Source: a virus
Reading direction: 5' to 3' (one strand)
DNA length: 64,000 nt
Virus record (IMG/VR): IMGVR_UViG_3300031370_000002
Coordinates: 62,789 to 126,788 of that record
Part shown: in pieces, positions 53,675 through 63,473 of the stretch
Position numbering within the stretch: the first letter of the stretch is position 1
Layout of the letters: the number at the start of each line of letters is the position of its first letter
Made by a program: the position numbers and the translations under genes
Notes under the pieces: generated by a model
The model's input: the letters and a program-made list of their open reading frames with translations, nothing else
Told to the model about the DNA's origin: nothing
Databases searched by the model: none

Positions 53675-55597
53675 TTACGCCAACCCTCCACGACGCATAG
53701 CTCGCATTTCATAAGGCGTAGGATTGCGAGAAACTGCGCCAGTATCCAGTGGCATAGTTTTGTTTTTCTCGTAATTCTGAACCGCTTTATAAATTGCATC
53801 GTTAGCTTTTGAGTTGGCTTTGGCCTGACGGAAAACGTGTTTCTTTTTCCCGGTTTTGCCGATCTCAAAGATTTCAGACTGCTCACCAAAATCGCGGTTG
53901 AGTAATCCCGGACGACGCATCGGGCCAAGCACGGCGCTTTGACTTCCCATTACGTTTGGCGCACTGCGGCGTTTTCTTCCTGACGAAACAGAAGAGAAAC
54001 TATCACCGCCGCCTGCATCATCGGCTAACGAATATTGCTTGTCGATTTCTTGCTGGCGCTTTTTGTATGAAAGAAGTTTGTGACGCAATGCTAAGTCTTC
54101 ATCCTGATCCATCAACAACTGATCAAAGTTGAAACCACCAGCAGCCGCAATACTACGCAACGGAACCGGAACACCAAGTTCAGTCATAGCACGTAAGTTT
54201 TCCATCATTGCGCTGTCAATGTCCGGACGCAACTGCTTAGACCAGTGCACGTTAGGAACAAACAGCTTACTGCCATCGTTCAAGCGGTACATGATTTCGT
54301 GCAAGCTACCATCCATCAGGCCAGACTTTTTCATAATCTTGCCGTTCTTACCAACAGCGAAACCGTTCATCAAACTGATAAGCGGGAAAACTTTTTCGTA
54401 ATAAACTTTACGCGTTACGTGATCGCGATAGGCGCGAAGTGATTCGATGAAAACAGTTAAGCCAGTTGCCGCACTGTCATAGTTCGCTTCACCACTCAAC
54501 AGAGCTTCGGAGATTCCCAGCGTACGCATTTTGAATGGCGCTGTCTGATCCCAAATGTCTGTGATCTTCCAGAAGTCGCCGCCCTGACGAAACTCACTAA
54601 TGTTTACGCCGAGACGCGTTGTGATAATACTACCGATTGGATCGCTGTCAGCGTTTAACAGCAGGTCGGTAATAAAATCCATTTCTTCCTGCGACGGTTC
54701 CCACTGATCGCCATCGCCTAACTGAGCGTGAAGAATACCGCGCTGGCGGCGTCCACTTTCAATCAGAGTTCCACGATAAAGGTTTTTCTCAATCAACCAA
54801 ATCGGAAGCATTCGACGGAATGCACTGACGCCTTCGCCAAACGTGAACGACTTACGCGGAATATAAATTGTGCCAACCGGATCAAGTTCAACCTGATTTT
54901 CGTTCAGCATTTTATCAATGAATCCAGCGCCAAGTTCTTTGCGTAAAGCATCAACGCGACGGCTGTCTTTTGAGAATGCGCGTTTAACTTCCTGCGGCAC
55001 TTTCAATTCAAAGATAGGGTCTTGCGACATAAGCGGGAACGGCGTTGCTTCGATGTTATCGTAGCGGTGCGTCATCATGTCGATAAACTTTTTGCGCTCT
55101 TTGTTGTACAGCATACTGCCGCAAAACGCGCCCGTTACCATCAGGTCGGTTGTAATGTTCGGCATACTGCTCGAAAGATTTAAGCGCTCGTTCACTTCAT
55201 AGTAAAGATCCAGAACACTATCTTTGGCACCGCTGAAACTTACATCCGAGAAAGGCAACGTACTGAACAAATCAACGTAGCTTCCACCAATGGGATCAAA
55301 GAAATACATATCGCGGTACACATTAAAAAGCTGTCGATCATCAGCTTCGTAATCCATACCCTCCAGCATTGGCGACAAGTCAATATCAAGCGGAACACTA
55401 CCCACTTGCATACTACCGCCACTTGTTCCACCGCCGCTAGACGTTGAGAGAACTTTGCTGGACTTTGAAACGGACTGAACTTTTTCAACACGTTCCTGCG
55501 ATTTCGATCCTAATGGGCGTAGAGATTTTTTCTCGCCGGAAGTAGTGCCTTTTGATAGCAAAGGCGCTTTCACTTCGCGGCCAATTTTGATTCCCAT
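53675..55597 (-). CDS. Putative portal protein
   Basis: 640 aa near terL. YRDMYFFDPIGGSYVD helix pattern and overall layout fit myovirus portals. Confidence 0.65.
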   Translation of the reverse strand: MGIKIGREVKAPLLSKGTTSGEKKSLRPLGSKSQERVEKVQSVSKSSKVLSTSSGGGTSGGSMQVGSVPLDIDLSPMLEGMDYEADDRQLFNVYRDMYFFDPIGGSYVDLFSTLPFSDVSFSGAKDSVLDLYYEVNERLNLSSSMPNITTDLMVTGAFCGSMLYNKERKKFIDMMTHRYDNIEATPFPLMSQDPIFELKVPQEVKRAFSKDSRRVDALRKELGAGFIDKMLNENQVELDPVGTIYIPRKSFTFGEGVSAFRRMLPIWLIEKNLYRGTLIESGRRQRGILHAQLGDGDQWEPSQEEMDFITDLLLNADSDPIGSIITTRLGVNISEFRQGGDFWKITDIWDQTAPFKMRTLGISEALLSGEANYDSAATGLTVFIESLRAYRDHVTRKVYYEKVFPLISLMNGFAVGKNGKIMKKSGLMDGSLHEIMYRLNDGSKLFVPNVHWSKQLRPDIDSAMMENLRAMTELGVPVPLRSIAAAGGFNFDQLLMDQDEDLALRHKLLSYKKRQQEIDKQYSLADDAGGGDSFSSVSSGRKRRSAPNVMGSQSAVLGPMRRPGLLNRDFGEQSEIFEIGKTGKKKHVFRQAKANSKANDAIYKAVQNYEKNKTMPLDTGAVSRNPTPYEMRAMRRGGLA

Positions 55598-55607
55598 AAC
55601 TACCCCG

Positions 55608-55826
55608 TTATTCTGGAAGTGCCATACTCACTCTGCAATTTGTGCAGAAGCGCACAGACTCACCACTTAAAAGTTTTGACTCAACTGTTGCGCTGTCACA
55701 TTTAGGACACACAGAAGGATCGGTGATACTGAAAGCTGAAACAGATTTCACCTCTTGATCCTTTACAGATGAAGTAGACAAAACTTTTTCACTGCGTAGA
55801 GGATTAAAGAAACGTTCGTTGCTCAT
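55608..55826 (-). CDS. Small zinc-ribbon protein
   Basis: CPKC...FCTNC. RBS AAGGAG. Confidence 0.7.
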   Translation of the reverse strand: MSNERFFNPLRSEKVLSTSSVKDQEVKSVSAFSITDPSVCPKCDSATVESKLLSGESVRFCTNCRVSMALPE

Positions 55827-55891
55827 TTGAAACTTCTCCTTTTAGAATAGGACTGCGGGAGAAATTCCCCCGCCTTGTAATATAAATTACT

Positions 55892-58714
55892 TTATTTTTG
55901 CCCTATCCTTCTAGTCCTGACGCTACCAATAGCGGAACCAGTTGAGGATAACATTGTTGACGCTGCACTGCCTGTATTGCGTCGGCCTTTCGTCATACCT
56001 AATCTGTTCGGATCGCGGTTGTGAACTACCTCTTCACGTACCTTCAATTCCTCTTCATACTCGCCCGATTCGAAACCGTAGACCATAAGCGCCATAGCTC
56101 GCCAGCTATCATCCGTTGCGCCCATGTTTTTAATTACTGCACGTCCGGTATCTTGAACCGTTTGAATCTGCATGATCAAGTGTTCAGTTGGCTTGTTCTC
56201 AAAGCAGTACGGATAGTTTTCACCATCGTACATCAACGTGTCACCAATTTTCTCTGCGTGTTGCATACGCGGTAAACTAATGCGAGGCACTTCACTTTCC
56301 AGCATTGTTTTGACTGTCCACAAGTCTTGATATTTCAGACTGTATTTATCAGCCATTTCGATGCCGCCTTTAAGTTTGGCGTCCTGCAAAAGTTTGATAC
56401 TGTTCCATTGGTCAGCCAGCAAAACTTTTACGTTTCGTTTCTGACAAAGCGGAATCAATATCTCATCGAAAATCAGTGTGTAGTTTAACGGAATGCCCGG
56501 TAACGGAATAATCTCAGCAATACAATCGACGCTGATAACACCTGCACTGTTTCGACTCCCAACCACCATCGCAAAGCTGTTGTTACTAAAGCCTGCGTCG
56601 ATTGCCATAATGCTAGGCGTGGTTGTTGATGCCGCTTTGATTAATGTTCCGTAACGCTGGCGTGAACCATCTTTGTGACGAATAACTTTGTGAGCATAGA
56701 CGCACATATTGCGGCCTTTCTCACGAATCGCTTTCGAAACAAAAACAGGCTGCGTGATAAATGGATTTGCAGATAGTGGCGCTTCTGCTCCGTAGTCTCG
56801 CGCTGCGCCAACTGGATCACGTCGAAACGCTTCTTCCAAAAAGGCACTGTTGCGTGGCATTGTTGGGTTCATCTTCCATGTTGGTGCGTGAACACCTAAC
56901 AGCTTTGTACTGCCAACACTACTGCGCATCAGTTCGTTGATTTTGTCACGCGCATGAACAGGACTACTCACGTTAAACATGTATCCCGTAAATGCGCGAT
57001 CATATCCTGCGGCGATCAATTTATTCTCCGCTGCACGAACAGTTGCAAGACTTCGGTCAAGTGCGCCGTAAACCATTCCCGCACTGACTTTTACTTTCTT
57101 GCTGTCGGCGTCGTTATCAAAGTATGCAATCTCATCGAGTGCTCCAAAGATACGTGTACGACCACGCAAGATACGACCATCCGGCCCGGCAGGATAAACG
57201 ATCAAGTTACGGTGTCCGTATAACACAAACGTGTCACGGATTTTCATCACTTCGATGCCGTACTTTCTTTCTTGCCTTCGGATCACTTCATGATATTTCT
57301 GAAACCACGGACTATCAGAAATCATGTTAAAGTACGGTGTCCATAAAGTATCTTTCGCTTGTGATTGCGTCAGTGCTACAAACGTTCCGTGAAGAATGGT
57401 TGTGTTACTGATTCCAAGAATACCGGTAGGAGACTGCGACTTTAAGATGATATGTGTGAGATACGTGGAACACATTGCAACAACGATACTCTTACCGCTG
57501 TTGTGGTTCAGAAGGCCACCAGCAACAAACTGAGGCATACCTTCCATCACCAAATCATAAGTGACTTGATCTTCGAGATCTGTTATCGCATCAATCTTTA
57601 GGAACAGATTTTTTGCGATAGGTTCAGCATCCAGATCATATAAAACAGAAAACTCATCCCCATTATTTCGAACAACAGGGTAATAGCCAGCATTAAGCAA
57701 AATGCTCCAAGCCATTTGAGCTTTCGCTGAGGTAGACGTATAAACCAGTTTATCATTTTCAAGAGGAAGCGAATTACGTTTGAGAAACTCAAGTGCAGCA
57801 TCGCGGGTTGAAAGGCCAGCTTCTTCTATCGTAACAGGAGAAGTAACTTTCTTGCCCCACACATTTGTTCCCAAACAAATCTGAACATGATCGTCGGTTG
57901 TGAGTTTCTTTACTTGCCTGAAACCTTTTTCAGTTCGCAGTGGATGATCCGGAGTCGCGTCAATGTGAATGCCATTGCTCAAAGTAACGCGCTTTGTTGT
58001 TCCGGTATCGCTCACGTAAAGTTGTTTTACGCGCTCCATCTTTGAACCGGTATTTGCTTTCATCTTTAAACGTGGCAGATGAAAACCCGGCGTGTCGTGT
58101 CCAATGAACATGTGGCTGATAGGCAGCAAACCGCGCTCAGTAACTACCGGAGTGCTTGCACCTACGCATCGCTGTCCTGCGTTAACAGCCAACTCATTAT
58201 AGAAATTGATTTCCTTATTGTGCATCAACTCACTACGTTTTGCTTTGCACTTTGGACAAGCGCCATGCTCCAGTATTGTGAGATTCTTTTTGATGCCTGC
58301 TAATCCTTCCTGCGGCTCATGTGCTTCTGTTGGCACCCAATCCATGTTACTGCAACGAGGACAGATTTCACCAAACAAACGCAAGCCGATCAGTGCCTGC
58401 TCCAGATAAGGCGTCTGCTTTAAGTAGTGCGCAGAAGTAACCCACTCCAAAAAGTTTTTCGCTTGAGGGCAAGCACTGTCATCAAATTTTAAATCGCGGG
58501 GAACAAGCGACTTGTCTTTCAAAGCCGTGTCCACCAGATCGACAATGTTTACTTCCCCTTCTTGCAGGAAAGAAACATCGCCAGTTTTCTTGTCTTCTAC
58601 AAACGACAAATCCTCGCTTTCTTCTGGCCCATCAATTTCATCCAGAAAGTCGAAAGCTAATATGCGTTTCGGTTTCAATTGAACCGATGCGACTTTAGGT
58701 TTCTTTGAAGCCAT
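55892..58714 (-). CDS. terL: Terminase large subunit, intein-containing
   Basis: Walker A GQR|SGKS split by an intein. GRTRIFGALDEIA Walker B. RNase H-like IDAG...ADQW...DD motifs. Confidence 0.9.
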   Translation of the reverse strand: MASKKPKVASVQLKPKRILAFDFLDEIDGPEESEDLSFVEDKKTGDVSFLQEGEVNIVDLVDTALKDKSLVPRDLKFDDSACPQAKNFLEWVTSAHYLKQTPYLEQALIGLRLFGEICPRCSNMDWVPTEAHEPQEGLAGIKKNLTILEHGACPKCKAKRSELMHNKEINFYNELAVNAGQRCVGASTPVVTERGLLPISHMFIGHDTPGFHLPRLKMKANTGSKMERVKQLYVSDTGTTKRVTLSNGIHIDATPDHPLRTEKGFRQVKKLTTDDHVQICLGTNVWGKKVTSPVTIEEAGLSTRDAALEFLKRNSLPLENDKLVYTSTSAKAQMAWSILLNAGYYPVVRNNGDEFSVLYDLDAEPIAKNLFLKIDAITDLEDQVTYDLVMEGMPQFVAGGLLNHNSGKSIVVAMCSTYLTHIILKSQSPTGILGISNTTILHGTFVALTQSQAKDTLWTPYFNMISDSPWFQKYHEVIRRQERKYGIEVMKIRDTFVLYGHRNLIVYPAGPDGRILRGRTRIFGALDEIAYFDNDADSKKVKVSAGMVYGALDRSLATVRAAENKLIAAGYDRAFTGYMFNVSSPVHARDKINELMRSSVGSTKLLGVHAPTWKMNPTMPRNSAFLEEAFRRDPVGAARDYGAEAPLSANPFITQPVFVSKAIREKGRNMCVYAHKVIRHKDGSRQRYGTLIKAASTTTPSIMAIDAGFSNNSFAMVVGSRNSAGVISVDCIAEIIPLPGIPLNYTLIFDEILIPLCQKRNVKVLLADQWNSIKLLQDAKLKGGIEMADKYSLKYQDLWTVKTMLESEVPRISLPRMQHAEKIGDTLMYDGENYPYCFENKPTEHLIMQIQTVQDTGRAVIKNMGATDDSWRAMALMVYGFESGEYEEELKVREEVVHNRDPNRLGMTKGRRNTGSAASTMLSSTGSAIGSVRTRRIGQK
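57500..58168 (-). mobile_element. 223-aa intein with degenerate homing-endonuclease remnant
   Basis: Begins C(VGAST), has block B ATPDHP, ends VTYDL...NHN, and is followed by extein Ser. Confidence 0.92.
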
Positions 58715-59486
58715 TGCGATCTGATAATCCTCGTGAGGTTCCGATCATCGGCGCACCATTGGCTTTCATGTTGTCATACTCAGATTTCATCCTGCGCAGC
58801 AAACTACTTTTGTTTGCTCTACTCTTCTCGTTACTTTTCTCAGTGCGTACGCCGTCGAATGATTTAATCAACCAATCTTTGAGCACGTCAGAGCGAACCG
58901 ATTCGGGAATGTTTTCACAGGATTTTAATGTTTCGGCAAGCATATCCGCTATCGAAACACGACCAATATATTCAACCAACTCATCGTCAATTTCAATATC
59001 AGTTTTGAGAATGTCACGCACTACAGCTTCTGATTCACCCGCCGCAATATCGTAGCCCAAAAGAAGTGGCACAGTGCGTTTCAAAAGTAAATTTCTGAAA
59101 CCATCAGCTTTGCCTTCTACCGAGTCGAGGATAGTTGTGATCTGTTCGTCTGAAACATCAATTACGTTATCCGCACCAATATCATTTGCTTTGGCGCGGC
59201 TTCGGAGTCTTTTAAGTTCAGGTCTGATAAGGAGACGCGACTCAGTTTTTTGGATTGCGTCTGCGCTTTCGTCGAGATCGATTTCTTCGTCGTTTCCATA
59301 ATCAAACTCATGTTGGTGAATCTTGTGGATTTCGCGCACCATGCGCACAGGCGATACGGCGTTACTCATATCGCCAAGCATCCAACTTTCTTCCACTTCC
59401 GAGATCGTGCCGTCGCAAGGGAATGACCAGCTAGGAACCATTTTTTCAGATTCCATTACGCCGTACGGGGATTCGAATTTACTCAA
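58695..59486 (-). CDS. Hypothetical protein upstream of terL (small terminase candidate by position only)
   Basis: Open frame overlapping both helicase and terL ends. Start uncertain (TTG at 59486 or ATG at 59456). Confidence 0.5.
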   Translation of the reverse strand: MSKFESPYGVMESEKMVPSWSFPCDGTISEVEESWMLGDMSNAVSPVRMVREIHKIHQHEFDYGNDEEIDLDESADAIQKTESRLLIRPELKRLRSRAKANDIGADNVIDVSDEQITTILDSVEGKADGFRNLLLKRTVPLLLGYDIAAGESEAVVRDILKTDIEIDDELVEYIGRVSIADMLAETLKSCENIPESVRSDVLKDWLIKSFDGVRTEKSNEKSRANKSSLLRRMKSEYDNMKANGAPMIGTSRGLSDRNGFKET

Positions 59487-60951
59487 GGGCAGCTTTCCGC
59501 TTTTTCTTCTTCGACTTTTTAGACGAACCGGAATCACCGTCATCGTAAGCAGCATCAACAATCATGCTTGCACGGCGATTAGGTTTCAAATCTGCCAGTT
59601 CAGTTGGCTCACGCTTTTTAGACTTGCCGCCCGTTCTAAACTGAGATTTGTTTTCGTCCGGAGTAAGTTCTTTAACTTCGCCATCGCCGTCAAGTACCTG
59701 CATTTTCTCAAACACTTCTTTGAGAGGCATTTCAAACAATTCGCCATCACGAACTTTGATAACCTGAATCGGCAGAACTTTAGTTTCACGAATTTCCGGA
59801 TCAGAATAGTTCCACGTCCACACAACGTCGGCGTGTTCTTTCATTGCTTGCGAGTAACGAATCTTACCTGTCTCGCCATCAATCTGAACCAGAATAATAA
59901 TCAGCTTGTTACTTTCTTTGGAATGCACTTTAGCGCGACGAACAACACTGCCTAAGTTTTTCCACTGATCGCCATCGTCCACACCTTCCAGCAGACCGAC
60001 ATAATCCAGCACTGTGATTTCTGCGTTGTATGCTGTTGCCATATACAACACGTCATCAATCGTCATGCCACGATCAGGAGAAACGAAACTGTTACGTGCG
60101 CCTTTCTTGCGAAGTTGTTTGTCGTAAACCTTCGCCGCTTCCATAACCTTTTTCTTTTCTTTCTTTGACAGGTTATGTTGTTTAATCTTCCAGAAATCAA
60201 CGCCGCTGATCATTGCCAGCATACGGTTCATTTCCTGTTCCGCTGTCATTTCAAGAGTGATCTTGAGACAGTGGATACCGTTTGCCAGCGCGATACGGTT
60301 TGCCAAGTTCATACTGAAAACAGATTTACCGCCGGATGTACTCGCACCAAGAATGAAAACGCCGGACGTTGGTAAGCCTGCGTTTTTATCGTCGTATGCT
60401 TTGTATCCCGTTTTATATAAACGTTCCTGCGGGTTGTCCAAAGTTTTCTGCGCGAACTTTAATGCGTTCGATTTGTTTCCACCAAACGAATAAACCTTTT
60501 CCGTTTGCTGTCCACCTTTTGCCTGATTCAGTCGGTCAGCGATTTCGAGAAGATATTGGTCTTCATCAAAGTCTTCTTCACTGCCTTCTAAGTCTTTCGC
60601 AATGGTACGGCCTACCGTCATGATAGTGCGGCGCTTGCGGTACTTTTGCAGTGGCTCCAGCACACGCTCAAAGCCTTTCATGCCCTTTGCAGGTTGTTCT
60701 TCTGCGTCGCGTAACTCATCGCGGAAATCAACGTTCAGGTTTGGGTCTTCTAACAGATCTTCCCAATCCAGAATCATCGAACGAGTCTCAACAAGTTTTG
60801 AGATTCGCTTGTATGCTTTCTTTGTTACCTCTGAACTAAACAGATCAGGAGACAGGCGACCGAGCATACTGATTCGGTGCGCCTTCTTAATGTCTGGCGA
60901 CGTTACCGTGCGCAGAGCTTTGATTTCCAGTGGGAGAGAATAAAGTTCCAT
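59479..60951 (-). CDS. Replicative DNA helicase, DnaB-like
   Basis: GASTSGGKS Walker A, ITLEM, VLDYVGL, ILVQ and RYSQAMKEHADVV motifs. Confidence 0.9.
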   Translation of the reverse strand: MELYSLPLEIKALRTVTSPDIKKAHRISMLGRLSPDLFSSEVTKKAYKRISKLVETRSMILDWEDLLEDPNLNVDFRDELRDAEEQPAKGMKGFERVLEPLQKYRKRRTIMTVGRTIAKDLEGSEEDFDEDQYLLEIADRLNQAKGGQQTEKVYSFGGNKSNALKFAQKTLDNPQERLYKTGYKAYDDKNAGLPTSGVFILGASTSGGKSVFSMNLANRIALANGIHCLKITLEMTAEQEMNRMLAMISGVDFWKIKQHNLSKKEKKKVMEAAKVYDKQLRKKGARNSFVSPDRGMTIDDVLYMATAYNAEITVLDYVGLLEGVDDGDQWKNLGSVVRRAKVHSKESNKLIIILVQIDGETGKIRYSQAMKEHADVVWTWNYSDPEIRETKVLPIQVIKVRDGELFEMPLKEVFEKMQVLDGDGEVKELTPDENKSQFRTGGKSKKREPTELADLKPNRRASMIVDAAYDDGDSGSSKKSKKKKRKAALE

Positions 60952-60958
60952 GCGATTC

Positions 60959-61315
60959 CTACATCATGCGGGTTACGTGCGGATACATCTTTTCGACTTC
61001 TTCGATCCACGCTAAGATATTGCTTTCGCGTGTTGCACGAACCAAACGGTTTTTACGATCACGATCCATAAACAGATCAACGGCGCGAAACGCATACGGA
61101 CTTTTAAGTACGCTCAGTGCGGCTTTAATATCTTCGCGGCTATACGCATACTTTGCATGAATGTCATGCACAAGTCTTCCGACCTGCGCGACGTTTGATT
61201 TTTTAACGTGCTGATAAACTACATAACACAGCGCACGTTTGTATTCGAGATCAACAGTGCGCGGAAATAAAGTAAAAGCTGATTTTTCAAGTTCGGAATT
61301 GAGACAGCTATACAT
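60959..61315 (-). CDS. Hypothetical protein (possible winged-helix)
   Basis: 118 aa. VGRLVHDI...YSREDIKAALSVL. Weak call. Confidence 0.5.
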   Translation of the reverse strand: MYSCLNSELEKSAFTLFPRTVDLEYKRALCYVVYQHVKKSNVAQVGRLVHDIHAKYAYSREDIKAALSVLKSPYAFRAVDLFMDRDRKNRLVRATRESNILAWIEEVEKMYPHVTRMM

Positions 61316-61322
61316 ACTAACC

Positions 61323-62456
61323 TCATAAAATCTGTAATGCGTTTTTGAGAGTATTCAAACCGCATTCGACGGCTTCAACAGAAACGCCTAACCATTTGGC
61401 TAACTCTTTGCGTACAGTGCCAATTGGTTTTGCAACAAGCCACTCAGTGCCGTTGCTTAAACGTTTCCCCAGCATTTTGTGTTCTGCCAGATAGTCAGAG
61501 AAGCCGTGGTCTTCACGTCCGAGAACTACGCTGTACAATTTGTTGCGTTTACTATCTCCGCTTTTGCTAAGCAGACGTTCAATCGCAATGTTTGTTTCCA
61601 GCAGTTCGACAGGAGTTGAAGAAGGTTCTGCGAGATCTTCGTAACTAAATTCTTGATCAGAATCGCCCATACCGATGCCCCGGTTAAGCTGATTGTCTGA
61701 CATAACGACTAACTGAAAACCATCACCGTTCTTTTGCATACGGCGGCGCTTATCTGCGCTGTAATAGTTATTCAGGTTGTTGATAATGTTTTCCAGCGAA
61801 CGACGCAGATAGTTTAACTGGTGCTGAAAACTATACGCGTTTGGAAGACTCGCATAATAACTAACGATTAGTTTGCAGGTAACTTCGCATACCAGATCCT
61901 GAATCGTCATGTTGTGTGCAGTCATAACCCAGCGCAGTTGTTTCTTTGTACGCGACACAATGTTTTTGTGCAGCACTGCGCTGAGTTCGTTTGTTTGGGC
62001 CAAGCGCTTTTCTAATTCGTAATGATTAACCTGCGCAGCACACAGCGTTTTGTGTTTGTGCTTTGCATCTTTCAACAGCATTTTGCGGCAGCGAATATCT
62101 GCCAACATCAGCTTCCAAATCAGGATAGCTTCGGCGCGATACACGCCAAACTTTTTGTAGGACAGTACAGTGCTTTTTATGTCTTCTTTTTTAGCAAGGC
62201 AAATCGACAGAGAATAAAAACGAATGTTCGTGACAAAACGACAGACCGCACTAACCTCTAAACGAAAGTCAGCGGCTGAGAATTCAAACTGTTTAAAGTC
62301 AACATACTTTTGCAATACGCTGTGATACTCTGCAATTGACTTGTACCCACAAGACAGGTAACGAACAGTCGAAGCAAACACAACACGAAAGGCAGCAGAG
62401 TTTCTTTTTAGCAGAAGTCTGTTCTCAATGTATTTCGACAATGAATTACGTTTCAC
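61323..62456 (-). CDS. Divergent RNA polymerase sigma-factor-like protein
   Basis: TIQDLVCEV...YLRRSLENIINNL resembles sigma70 region 2. Acidic linker and C-terminal HTH-like VRKELAKWLGVSVEAVECGLNTL. Confidence 0.55.
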   Translation of the reverse strand: MKRNSLSKYIENRLLLKRNSAAFRVVFASTVRYLSCGYKSIAEYHSVLQKYVDFKQFEFSAADFRLEVSAVCRFVTNIRFYSLSICLAKKEDIKSTVLSYKKFGVYRAEAILIWKLMLADIRCRKMLLKDAKHKHKTLCAAQVNHYELEKRLAQTNELSAVLHKNIVSRTKKQLRWVMTAHNMTIQDLVCEVTCKLIVSYYASLPNAYSFQHQLNYLRRSLENIINNLNNYYSADKRRRMQKNGDGFQLVVMSDNQLNRGIGMGDSDQEFSYEDLAEPSSTPVELLETNIAIERLLSKSGDSKRNKLYSVVLGREDHGFSDYLAEHKMLGKRLSNGTEWLVAKPIGTVRKELAKWLGVSVEAVECGLNTLKNALQIL

Positions 62457-62555
62457 TAATATGGACTCCAGATTGGCAACGAATAAAGATCTGATTAAAG
62501 TCAGGCAATGGTTTGGTGTTGTTTTAATAAGTCGAGCAATATTGTTTTATTGTTT

Positions 62556-63473
62556 TTAAATGTCGCCCATTTCGACCGGGCCTTTCATGCGCTTGCGTGG
62601 TTTGATTTTGGCTTTCAACTTCGATTTAGATTTCACTTTAGCTTTCGGTTTACGATCTGCATCTTCGTTCAGATACACATCTTCGCCTAACTCTAACGCG
62701 CCGTCTTCGTCATCAGCAAATGCGCCAAGCAAACTACCGCTGTCAATCATTCCCATCAGATCCACAAGCGTATTTGTCTTCTTGCCTTTCTTACCTTTCT
62801 TGCCTTTAACCACGTCGTCCATATTTGGTACAGAGAAGCCATCAAGAATAGTTGGAACTTTAAACTTAACGTCTTCGTCCGGCAGATATTTTTTAACTGT
62901 TTTGATTTCCTGCTCAGGATCAATCAGTTTATCTTCTGCCTTCATTTTCTTCATCAGCGGTTTGAACTCTGATTTAGAATAAACTGAGGGGCCAGCTAAT
63001 CCTGTGTTTGGATACGTCAGCACAATGTTGCCTTCTTCACTGATCAGACGAATCTCTTTGTCGTCAATGTCGAGCACACGCGCCGCCATAAAGTTGTTCA
63101 TGTAGTTGCGAGACTCACGCCCACGGTAACGAACAAATACAGGTTGCCCCATCTTCACGCCATGCTTACGAGTGTTTGCTTCACGTAAAAGCATCATCGA
63201 AATAATGCGCAGATCTTTTTCTTCCATCGAACCGAACAACTGGAACAAAGCAACTAATCCGTCGCCGCCTTCTTGCATAAGGTTTTGCAGATCGTACGTG
63301 TTAGTGCGGAAGTGCTTGCACATCGTACTGTCTTCCATTTTACCCAAACTTTCGCAAGGCTTTGTTGCGGCAGGAATCAGAACATCACGATTCAATCCAC
63401 GGCAGTCACCACAAGTTACGGTTGTTTTTACCAGTTCTTTGAGATCTGCGGTGCGAAGTGTTTTCTTGCTCAT
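62556..63473 (-). CDS. Hypothetical protein with Cys cluster and Lys-rich tail
   Basis: CGDC...C...C N-terminus and an SH3-like middle (GQPVFVRY). Confidence 0.65.
   Translation of the reverse strand: MSKKTLRTADLKELVKTTVTCGDCRGLNRDVLIPAATKPCESLGKMEDSTMCKHFRTNTYDLQNLMQEGGDGLVALFQLFGSMEEKDLRIISMMLLREANTRKHGVKMGQPVFVRYRGRESRNYMNNFMAARVLDIDDKEIRLISEEGNIVLTYPNTGLAGPSVYSKSEFKPLMKKMKAEDKLIDPEQEIKTVKKYLPDEDVKFKVPTILDGFSVPNMDDVVKGKKGKKGKKTNTLVDLMGMIDSGSLLGAFADDEDGALELGEDVYLNEDADRKPKAKVKSKSKLKAKIKPRKRMKGPVEMGDI

Noticed and set aside
53674-53928. Track extension of the 53368 ORF overlapping the portal by about 250 nt
   Set aside because: An ATG sits 1 nt after the portal stop. The extension is most simply an unused open frame.
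55877-55884. phiKZ-type early promoter TATATTAC on the minus strand
   Set aside because: Single occurrence in AT-rich DNA. No phiKZ-type RNAP or nucleus genes are evident in the window.
59323-59955. 210-aa plus-strand ORF
   Set aside because: Antisense to the helicase, with no supporting signals.
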